A stretch of 64,000 nt of DNA from a bacterium (GTDB lineage: Bacteria; Patescibacteriota; Microgenomatia; UBA1400; PJMF01). The DNA is taken from positions 5,115-69,114 of the forward strand of contig JAQBYG010000001.1 in assembly GCA_027620445.1 (NCBI GenBank), given 5' to 3'. Made by a program: the position numbers and the translations under genes. Under the pieces are notes generated by a model that was given only the letters and a program-made list of their open reading frames with translations, made no database searches and had not been told where the DNA came from. This document shows, piece by piece, positions 27,464 to 34,690 of this stretch (within the stretch, counting starts at the first letter, position 1; each line of letters opens with the position of its first letter).

Positions 27464-27943
27464 ATGCAAAAAATCACCAAACTCCTCGCCTCAATCGTCG
27501 GTTGTGAACTTGTCGGGATTATCGGTGGCGTGAGCACAACCTTGTCGATCAGCACTTGGTATGTCACGCTCGAAAAACCGTTCTTTTCTCCGCCGAACTG
27601 GCTCTTTGGTCCCGTCTGGACAACTTTGTATCTTTTGATGGGAGTTTCATTTTTTCTGTTGTGGCAGCAAGGCTGGAAGAAAAAACAAGTTCGGACTGCT
27701 CGCAACTACTTCTTGGCACAACTCGGGCTCAACTTTATCTGGACTCCGGTATTCTTCGGCCTGAGATCCCCCGCGCTGGCACTGGTGATAATTCTTGGCT
27801 TACTTGTCCTTATCGTGCTGACGATCAAACACACATATAAAGTGTCGCGCTGGGCTGCATACTTGCTGGTACCCTACTTGCTCTGGGTGAGTTTTGCGAC
27901 GGCGCTCAATGCGGCGATAGTGGGGTTGAATTATGCGAAATAA
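27464..27943 (+). CDS. tspO: TspO/MBR family tryptophan-rich sensory protein
   Basis: WYVTLEKPFFSPPNWLFGPVWTTLYLLMG...LAQLGLNFIWTPVFFG...AAYLLVPYLLWVSFATALNAAIVGLN. Five TM helices with all TspO signature residues. Confidence 0.85.
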   Translation: MQKITKLLASIVGCELVGIIGGVSTTLSISTWYVTLEKPFFSPPNWLFGPVWTTLYLLMGVSFFLLWQQGWKKKQVRTARNYFLAQLGLNFIWTPVFFGLRSPALALVIILGLLVLIVLTIKHTYKVSRWAAYLLVPYLLWVSFATALNAAIVGLNYAK

Positions 27944-28463
27944 ATCCATCAAAAAAATTGCCATTTACCAAACTAAGAGCGGTGCGATTGTATTTCGTGA
28001 CGATTCGAAGCGAGAAACAATTTGGGGGGATTTGAATCAAATTGCAGATTTGTTTGGTCGTGATAAATCGGTTATTTCTCGTCACATCAATAATATTTAT
28101 AAATCAAGAGAACTTGAAGAGGCAGCAACTGTTGCAAAAATTGCAACAGTTCAAAAAGAAGGTGGTAGAGAGGTAACTCGTGAGATTGAACATTTTAACC
28201 TTGATATGATTTTATCTGTCGGATACAGGGTAGATTCTAAACAAGCAACGCAATTTCGCATCTGGGCAACCAAAACCCTCAAGCAGCACATTGTCCAGGG
28301 CTACACTATCAACAAAAAACGCGTTGGCGAGAATTACGAAAAATTCATGCAAGCGGTGGCGGATGTGAAAGCCTTGACTCTCCTTTTGGCAGAAAGTAAT
28401 CCGAAAGATAAAGATAAAATGATTGGGCTAACCTTGTTACTTCTGAATGGGGGAAGACAATAG
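27933..28463 (+). CDS. RhuM-family protein, N-terminal domain (ends at in-frame TAG)
   Basis: IAIYQTKSGAIVFRDDSKRETIWGDLNQIADLFGRDKSVISRHINNIYKSRELEEAATVAKIATVQKEGGREVTREIEHFNLDMILSVGYRVDSKQATQFRIWATKTLKQHIVQGYTINKKR matches the Virulence_RhuM N-domain. Overlaps the tspO stop by 11 nt. Confidence 0.75.
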   Translation: MRNKSIKKIAIYQTKSGAIVFRDDSKRETIWGDLNQIADLFGRDKSVISRHINNIYKSRELEEAATVAKIATVQKEGGREVTREIEHFNLDMILSVGYRVDSKQATQFRIWATKTLKQHIVQGYTINKKRVGENYEKFMQAVADVKALTLLLAESNPKDKDKMIGLTLLLLNGGRQ

Positions 28464-29069
28464 ATGCATGAAGTTAATTTGCGGCGGGAACATGATAGTG
28501 ATGACTTTGACTCAACCGCCAAAACTCTTTTTGCCCTCTCTGACATAAAATGGGAACTCCTCAATTTTGTAAAAAATAATCCGGGATGTGATATCGCGAC
28601 TATTGTAGAGCAGATCGGGGCGCCAACACCCGCAGTCATCCAAAAACACTTGAAAAGATTGGAGGTGTATGGGTTTATTGCATCACAAACAGGCCACGCC
28701 GTTAAACAAACTGGCGAGAAAAGACTGCTCTACTCACTTGCCCCAAGACATATTGCAGCTGCTATGGATAGTACACGGCAAATAGAAGAAGAACTAACAA
28801 TCAAACTTGATCCTCAGCTGGTGGTACGAATCCAGCAGCTCGGAAATGAACGAAAAATACGCAATCAAATCATTTGCATTTGTACTATGCTTCAAGATAA
28901 AGCACTTACACAAAGGGAGATTTTACTCGGACTGAGAGATTACTTTACACTAAAAAACTTACCCACCAATCATGCAGAGGTGTTACGACAACTTGTCGAA
29001 GCGGAGATTTTGAGGCGGACTATCAGTGAGAGGAAGCTAGGATACATCTATCAGCTGCCCAAATCCTGA
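28464..29069 (+). CDS. Winged-helix DNA-binding protein; likely the C-terminal continuation of the RhuM-family gene
   Basis: Starts with ATG immediately after the TAG, in the same frame. ArsR/MarR-like wHTH (CDIATIVEQIGAPTPAVIQKHLKRLEVYGFIA). Combined length 377 aa is similar to full-length RhuM-family proteins. Confidence 0.45.
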   Translation: MHEVNLRREHDSDDFDSTAKTLFALSDIKWELLNFVKNNPGCDIATIVEQIGAPTPAVIQKHLKRLEVYGFIASQTGHAVKQTGEKRLLYSLAPRHIAAAMDSTRQIEEELTIKLDPQLVVRIQQLGNERKIRNQIICICTMLQDKALTQREILLGLRDYFTLKNLPTNHAEVLRQLVEAEILRRTISERKLGYIYQLPKS

Positions 29070-29137
29070 TAAAGCATTATCATTGATCACGCTTTTCACC
29101 ATGAAAAAACTGTATTTGTTAAAATGATCATACAAAT

Positions 29138-30271
29138 ATGTCAAAGAGTAGTGAACAAATTCTGGCAGAAGCAAGACCCTCTAGAAAGAGACGAAAAGCA
29201 GAACGAATTCCAAGAAGAGCATTTTCAAAAGGACTCGCTTTGTTTTTACTAGGAACAGGTGCAGTTGTAGCATCGGGAGGCGTATTTCTTTGGAACAGAG
29301 AAAAAGACAAGGTGCCCAGTGTCGAAGCATCAATTTCCTTCATAAAAAATGAAGTTGAGAATCAAAAAAACTTGCCTTCACTGAGGGAGTACGGCGAGAG
29401 AAAAACAAAGATTTTTATTTTCCATGCCTATAATATTTTCTCTCAAGTGACTGGAAGTGCTCAATCGGCTAGAGCCATCATCGACAATACCTCACTAGTT
29501 GAGGCTGCGTATATTACTGCCCTGCATCAACAAGATATGTCGGGAGTTAACCTCAGTGAGCACCCAACTGCATCTGACCCCAGGGATACTAACGGAAAAG
29601 TTTATACAGCTGATAAAAAATCGGGCAAACTTGGTGTGGCTGTTAATCTAGATGCGCACTTGTTTCACTTAGATCAAATCCGAACGCGAACATATGATCA
29701 TTTTCAGGTGCAACAAACTGTACTGGGAAATTTGCTTGACACCGTTCTGCATGAGCCACATCACTACGAAATACCACGACAAACACTGACTACACCAATC
29801 GAGTATTCATTTCAAACTGCAGTTGGCACTACACACATTTCATACGAAGAAATCTGGGGTCTATCCATAAGTGGGACACTCGAAACACCGCCATATACTA
29901 CAATGTTGTCAGCAAACTTTGATGAAGCAAGCATTTATCTGATCCACAGAGACTTGCTACAACCAGCAGTCCAATCAAATTTTCCAACATATAGCTACTC
30001 GCCTCCAATGCGGGAGAATGCTTTGTTGTACATTCAACAAGTATTCCAGGCCATAGGAATCAACTCGCCACAAGCAATTCTAGAACTCAGAAGAGCACCC
30101 AGTGGAGGTCGTACCCTCATAGAAAAATTGGGAGCAAAACTGCCAGCAGGCACTTTTGGAGTCGAAAACGCTACAGAAAGAGGTATTGTTTTCTTGGGAA
30201 AATCAGAGGCTGCAGTAGATGGCAATGATCAAAAGAAAATGGATGAGTTGCTTGGGTTGTTGATAAATTAG
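29138..30271 (+). CDS. Hypothetical membrane-anchored protein with HExxH-like motif
   Basis: 377 aa. Basic N-terminus plus one TM helix (GLALFLLGTGAVVASGGVFLW), extracytoplasmic domain containing VLHEPHHYE (H-E-x-x-H). No other recognisable domain. Confidence 0.4.
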   Translation: MSKSSEQILAEARPSRKRRKAERIPRRAFSKGLALFLLGTGAVVASGGVFLWNREKDKVPSVEASISFIKNEVENQKNLPSLREYGERKTKIFIFHAYNIFSQVTGSAQSARAIIDNTSLVEAAYITALHQQDMSGVNLSEHPTASDPRDTNGKVYTADKKSGKLGVAVNLDAHLFHLDQIRTRTYDHFQVQQTVLGNLLDTVLHEPHHYEIPRQTLTTPIEYSFQTAVGTTHISYEEIWGLSISGTLETPPYTTMLSANFDEASIYLIHRDLLQPAVQSNFPTYSYSPPMRENALLYIQQVFQAIGINSPQAILELRRAPSGGRTLIEKLGAKLPAGTFGVENATERGIVFLGKSEAAVDGNDQKKMDELLGLLIN

Positions 30272-30365
30272 GAGCAAAGGTGAAAACTGCTCGGCTTACC
30301 CAAGTATTGAGGAAAAAGCCGCGCAACTTGAAATGTTAAGTAATTCTTAACAGCTGGAAAATAGC

Positions 30366-30393
30366 TTGACGACTTAAAAAATAAGCCTATAAT
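30366..30393 (+). promoter_or_regulatory. Near-consensus sigma70-type promoter (TTGACG-16 nt-TATAAT)
   Basis: TTGACG at 30366..30371 and TATAAT at 30388..30393 with a 16-nt spacer. No protein-coding gene follows on this strand. Confidence 0.5.
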
Positions 30394-30399
30394 AGCGAA

Positions 30400-30545
30400 T
30401 CAGCAAGTCCGGGTTTGGAGGAGAAGGTGGAATCCCTCCTTAAACAATCGTATCCAGACTCCAAGTTGGAAGAGGGTGGGTTTTCAGCCTCCTCTGAAAA
30501 AGTCCGATCAAAGCGGTACTCCAGCTGCTTGTTGTATTTTTTTTG
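30400..30545 (+). ncRNA. Candidate small RNA of about 145 nt, class unknown
   Basis: Begins about 7 nt after the -10 box. 5' CAGCAAG pairs with 3' CUUGUUG directly followed by a U8 run (intrinsic-terminator-like closing stem). Internal hairpins GGAGG...CCUCC and AGAGG...CCUCU. No ORF. Confidence 0.4.
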
Positions 30546-30546
30546 A

Positions 30547-30756
30547 TCAGAGAAGCGAGCTACTCGTTTTTCTTACTCTGTCTTTGACCTCAGAGTGAGT
30601 AAGCATTTTCAACATTTGATAATCGTGTCTACCGAGATAATAAACGAACTGTCCAATGCTTTCATTAAAAAATGCAGCTTCGATGGTAAATGTCATTCCT
30701 TCATAACGAACAAGATCGCCTTGCTTAAATAATGGCTCATCTTTTGGTTTTGACAT
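30547..30756 (-). CDS. Small hypothetical protein
   Basis: 69 aa, downstream of the short sufD in the same orientation. No motif. Confidence 0.3.
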   Translation of the reverse strand: MSKPKDEPLFKQGDLVRYEGMTFTIEAAFFNESIGQFVYYLGRHDYQMLKMLTHSEVKDRVRKTSSSLL

Positions 30757-30823
30757 AGTTAGATTATTCTAGTTTTTGAACTGTTTCCAAAATGAAAATA
30801 ACCACTTCGTGCCAAAGCTTCCC

Positions 30824-31312
30824 TCATTCTACCCCCAAAAAACCCTCCACAATCAGCCCCTCCGCCTTATTGCGACTCACCCCGCGACTCATGAGATAAA
30901 ACAGTTGTTCCTCGGGAATTGAGCTGATGCTCGCCGCGTGAGAGCACTTGACGTCGTCAGTCAAAATCTCGAGCTCTGGCACTGCCTCTGCCTTTGCTTC
31001 TGGTGAAAGTAACAGGATGCGCTCGGTCAGGAATGAGTTGGTGTCGGGACACTCGGGATCAATTTTTATCTTGCCCCAAAATGAGATAAACCCTGTATCA
31101 GCCACAGCCCCGTGCAGCTTGGTGGTCGCTCGGGTGTGCGGGGCTTGGTGGTGGATAGTGACGGCAATTTTGATGCGCTCGGTACCGGTGGCATGGAAGC
31201 TACCAGTGAGTGTCAACTCCACACTTGGCTTGGTCAAGAAATACTCGTACTCGCCCGGGGTTGAGATCGTAATATTTTGTGACTCGCTGATGGTGGTTTG
31301 GATTGCCGACAT
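30824..31312 (-). CDS. sufD: Minimal SufD-like Fe-S assembly protein (SufBD C-terminal beta-helix only)
   Basis: 162 aa. C-terminal ...[29 protein letters not shown] parallels the SufB C-terminus ([26 protein letters not shown]). 1-nt overlap with the sufB stop. Confidence 0.6.
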   Translation of the reverse strand: MSAIQTTISESQNITISTPGEYEYFLTKPSVELTLTGSFHATGTERIKIAVTIHHQAPHTRATTKLHGAVADTGFISFWGKIKIDPECPDTNSFLTERILLLSPEAKAEAVPELEILTDDVKCSHAASISSIPEEQLFYLMSRGVSRNKAEGLIVEGFLGVE

Positions 31313-32739
31313 TACCCGATGCTCCCTTCCATCTCGTGATCAATCAGACGATTCATCTCGACCGCGTATTCGAGTGGCAGTTTTTTGATGAGATCACCGA
31401 TAAAACCGTGCACGATCATTTTGCGGGCTGCTTCTTCGTTGACGCCGCGACTCATGAGATAAAACAGCTGCTCGTCGCCGATTTTAGAAACGGTTGCTTC
31501 GTGCTGAATTGCTACATCTGAGGCAAATACTTTATCGACGGGGTACGTGTCGGAGCGAGATTCTGGATCCAGGAGGAGTGCGTCACAGATGACAGAGTTT
31601 TGACTGTGGTGGGCGTGTGGCCCGACCGAGACAAGGCCCCGATAGCTCGTGCGGCCGCCATTTTTACTAATCGACTTTGAAACTATTGAAGAGCTCGTGT
31701 AGGGCGCCAAGTGAATCGCTTTGCTGCCGGTATCTTGATGCTGACCAGCGCCGGCCAGAGCCATGCTCAGCGTCTCGCCTCTGGCACCTTTGCCTGCGAG
31801 AATGAAACTGGGGTACTTCATCGTGACCTTGGAGCCCATGTTAAAGTCCGTCCAGATCATCTCGCCCTCAGCCTCGACGCGCGCGCGCTTGGTGACGAGG
31901 TTGTAGACGTTTTTGTACCAGTTTTGGATGGTGGTGTATTGGCAGCGTGCGCCAGCTTTGACGTAGATCTCGACAACCGCAGAATGGAGCGAGCCGCTCG
32001 AAAAACTTGGGGCGGTGCACCCTTCAACATAATGCACACTCGCACCTTCGTCGACGATAATGAGCGTACGCTCGAACTGGCCAGCGTTGGGTGAGTTAAT
32101 GCGAAAGTAGGTCTGGAGTGGGAGCTGCACTTTGACATTTTTTGGAATGTACACAAAAGAGCCACCCGACCAGACTGCTGAGTTGAGCGCCGCAAACGTG
32201 TTGTCACCACTCGGGATCAGTTTACCAAAGTATTCCTTGACCAATTCGGGGTACTGCGCCAATCCCTCGTCCATCGAGAGAAAAATGACACCGTCTTTGG
32301 CGTAGGCTGCCTTGAGCGAACCGTACACAACCTCGCTATCGTACTGGGCTTTGACACCCGCGAGCACACCGCGCTCTGCCTCGGGGATGCCGAGTTTGTC
32401 AAAGGTCGCTTTGACCTCTGGAGGGACGTCGTCCCAGGACTTGGACTGAGCATCGGTTGGCTTGAGGTAGTAGTGAATGTCGTCAAAAGCTATGCCAGAG
32501 AGATCGGCGCCCCACGGGGGCAACTGCATGTGCTGGTACTGCTCTAGTGCCTTGAGTCGGTACTGGAGCATCCAATCTGGTTCAGATTTGAATGCAGAAA
32601 TTTCTCCTACCACCCGCTTCGATAAACCAGGTTTGGCGATGTGTTTGTAGCCTGCCGTCGAGGAAGAGTAGCCATGCTCGTATGTCTCGTCTCGGCTTGG
32701 GGTGAAGGCGGTAGTGTGTTTTTGCGCAAAACGAGCCAT
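31312..32739 (-). CDS. sufB: Fe-S cluster assembly protein SufB
   Basis: 475 aa. Conserved SufB core and C-terminal signature. Confidence 0.9.
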   Translation of the reverse strand: MARFAQKHTTAFTPSRDETYEHGYSSSTAGYKHIAKPGLSKRVVGEISAFKSEPDWMLQYRLKALEQYQHMQLPPWGADLSGIAFDDIHYYLKPTDAQSKSWDDVPPEVKATFDKLGIPEAERGVLAGVKAQYDSEVVYGSLKAAYAKDGVIFLSMDEGLAQYPELVKEYFGKLIPSGDNTFAALNSAVWSGGSFVYIPKNVKVQLPLQTYFRINSPNAGQFERTLIIVDEGASVHYVEGCTAPSFSSGSLHSAVVEIYVKAGARCQYTTIQNWYKNVYNLVTKRARVEAEGEMIWTDFNMGSKVTMKYPSFILAGKGARGETLSMALAGAGQHQDTGSKAIHLAPYTSSSIVSKSISKNGGRTSYRGLVSVGPHAHHSQNSVICDALLLDPESRSDTYPVDKVFASDVAIQHEATVSKIGDEQLFYLMSRGVNEEAARKMIVHGFIGDLIKKLPLEYAVEMNRLIDHEMEGSIG

Positions 32740-33200
32740 CAGGTATTGCTCCGGACCAGTATCTGGCGAATAAATCCGTTGGGCTCTCCTGCAAAACCAA
32801 AGTCATACAAACCAAGCTCTGCAAACGAAACCCAAGCAAACTCGGTGTGCTCGCTACTGAGGCGTACTTTTTGTGTACCAGACAAGGCAACCCTCCAACC
32901 AACAATGAGTGAATACACTTGCCTTTCGGCGTCAAAGTAGGTATCAAAATAAATCGGCTGAGTGAACATGCTGTTTGCCAGGGAGATTCCTGTTTCTTCC
33001 ATAATTTCACGCGTAATATCGTCTTGGTGTAAGCCGTGTTGCGTTCGTTGCATCTCTGGCCACTCGCTATTGCCGCCAGGGAGATCCCATTTTCCTGCAC
33101 GTGTTTTACTGTCATCTGCTCGCTTGAGGATGAGAACTTGGCCATCAGCCACCAGGGCAGCTTTTTGCAGTACTTTTACCTGTTCTGTGAGTTGATGCAT
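32739..33200 (-). CDS. NUDIX hydrolase
   Basis: Nudix box GGNSEWPE-x7-REIMEETGI. Embedded between sufC and sufB with 1-4 nt overlaps. Confidence 0.8.
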   Translation of the reverse strand: MHQLTEQVKVLQKAALVADGQVLILKRADDSKTRAGKWDLPGGNSEWPEMQRTQHGLHQDDITREIMEETGISLANSMFTQPIYFDTYFDAERQVYSLIVGWRVALSGTQKVRLSSEHTEFAWVSFAELGLYDFGFAGEPNGFIRQILVRSNT

Positions 33201-33203
33201 AGT

Positions 33204-33962
33204 CTAGTCCTTGAGCGTTGTGTAGCCTGATTTCTCGAGCTTCTCGACCAATTCTGGACCGCCAGATTGTTTTATTTTACCCGCAACGAGCACGTGGACA
33301 ACATCTGGTTTGAGGTACTGCAAAATGCGCTGATAATGGGTAATAACCAAGACGCCCAGGGAAAATTTCTTTTGCAAAACAGCAACGGCCTTTGCAACTT
33401 TTTTGATGGCGTCGATATCGAGCCCCGAGTCTGTCTCATCGAGAATAACGTACTTGGGTTCGAGCACCGCTAGTTGCAAAATCTCGAGCTGCTTCTTCTC
33501 ACCACCGCTGAATCCTTCATTGAGCCCACGCCTAAGAAACGTCTCGTCAATTTTGAGCTCCTGAGCAATTGCCTTGAGGTGGTTGCGAAACGCCAAGACT
33601 GTTTTGAATTGGCGGTTGGGCTCACTGGCAAACCGCGCTTGGTAGGCTTGGCGCAGGAAGTTCTGGACCGAGACACCGGGCACTTCGACCGGATACTGGA
33701 AAGCTAGAAACAAGCCTTTTTGGGCGCGCTCGTCGGGGGAAAGCTCGATAATATCTTCGCCGTCGAGTGTCACTTTTGAACCCGAGAGGATGGTGTATGA
33801 CGGATGACCTGCCAGCGCATACGCGAGCGTACTTTTGCCCGAGCCATTGGGACCCATGATCGCGTGCAGCTCTCCCGGCTTGAGCGTCAGTGACACACCA
33901 TTGAGAATCTGCTTCTCATCGATTGAAACTTGTAAATTGGTGAGTTGTAATCCCTTTGTCAT
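33204..33962 (-). CDS. sufC: Fe-S cluster assembly ATPase SufC
   Basis: MTKGLQLTNLQVSIDEKQILNGVSLTLKPGELHAIMGPNGSGKST (Walker A), ABC signature LSGGEKK-like FSGGEKKQ, Walker B ILDETDSGLD. Start set at internal ATG. Confidence 0.9.
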   Translation of the reverse strand: MTKGLQLTNLQVSIDEKQILNGVSLTLKPGELHAIMGPNGSGKSTLAYALAGHPSYTILSGSKVTLDGEDIIELSPDERAQKGLFLAFQYPVEVPGVSVQNFLRQAYQARFASEPNRQFKTVLAFRNHLKAIAQELKIDETFLRRGLNEGFSGGEKKQLEILQLAVLEPKYVILDETDSGLDIDAIKKVAKAVAVLQKKFSLGVLVITHYQRILQYLKPDVVHVLVAGKIKQSGGPELVEKLEKSGYTTLKD

Positions 33963-34020
33963 GCAGGGGGGATTATAGCAGCACTTGACTATATACACCA
34001 CAAAATGATATATATACACC

Positions 34021-34269
34021 ATGCAAAGATATCAAGTATATTTTGAACCCAGCACAATGGACACGCTACAACAACTTGGGCAAATGTCTGGTGTTTCGAG
34101 ATCACACTTGTTGCAAGAATTGGCAGATATACTTGCCACACGCTATAAATCCTTTGTAAAACAGGAACAAAAAACCATGGGAAATATTCTAAACTTATCT
34201 GGAATCATCTCTGGAAAATCAACTACACACACAGCTACAAAATCTGATGCCGAGTACTTCGGCATATAA
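34021..34269 (+). CDS. Ribbon-helix-helix (CopG-like) antitoxin, VapB-like
   Basis: RYQVYFEPSTMDTLQQLGQMSGVSRSHLLQELADILA fits the RHH beta-alpha-alpha fold. Its stop is 1 nt before the PIN gene start. Confidence 0.55.
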   Translation: MQRYQVYFEPSTMDTLQQLGQMSGVSRSHLLQELADILATRYKSFVKQEQKTMGNILNLSGIISGKSTTHTATKSDAEYFGI

Positions 34270-34270
34270 A

Positions 34271-34690
34271 ATGAAAATCCTTCTTGATACCAGCGTACTT
34301 ATTTCGCTACAGGTTGATACAGAAGCGACACATGCAAAAGTACAAAAATACCTGGCAGAACAACAAAGACTTGGCAGTAGATTCCTGGTTACAGACTATG
34401 TGCTTGATGAACTATTTACCAGAATCTTGTATGACTTTGGTGCCAAGGCTGCAAAAGTATCCACAAAAGCTATCGCCAAAGAACTAGAAAACGGTTCTCT
34501 CCACTTATTTCCTATTTCTTCTGACCTCTTCAATCGAGCACAAGACATTTTTGTTGAAATGGCTACCAGAAAATTCTCATTTACAGATGCTTCTACCTTG
34601 GCCGTATATCGCCACTATAAAATTGATGAAATCTGTACGCTTGATGGAGGATTTCACAAAGCAGGGGCTGTTATCAGCTATCTTGACTAA
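34271..34690 (+). CDS. vapC: PIN-domain toxin (VapC-like)
   Basis: MKILLDTSVLIS (first Asp), DYVLDE and FTDASTLAV acidic motifs. About 140 aa. Confidence 0.8.
   Translation: MKILLDTSVLISLQVDTEATHAKVQKYLAEQQRLGSRFLVTDYVLDELFTRILYDFGAKAAKVSTKAIAKELENGSLHLFPISSDLFNRAQDIFVEMATRKFSFTDASTLAVYRHYKIDEICTLDGGFHKAGAVISYLD

Noticed and set aside
28464-29069. Calling the wHTH ORF a stand-alone MarR/ArsR regulator of the island
   Set aside because: Not rejected outright. However, same-frame continuity with the RhuM ORF and the combined length make a split single gene at least as likely, so it is kept as two features with a finding rather than asserted as an independent regulator.
30400-30545. Assignment of the orphan sRNA as SRP (4.5S) RNA
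   Set aside because: The 5'/3' closing stem is compatible, but the conserved helix-8 elements (GNRA tetraloop flanked by the GGAAGCAGC / CAGG symmetric-loop motif) are absent. Left as unknown class.
32582-33145. 187-aa minus-strand ORF overlapping the sufB/NUDIX junction
   Set aside because: It is out of frame with the NUDIX gene that carries a perfect Nudix box. It is Cys/Trp/Arg-rich in a way typical of off-frame translation.
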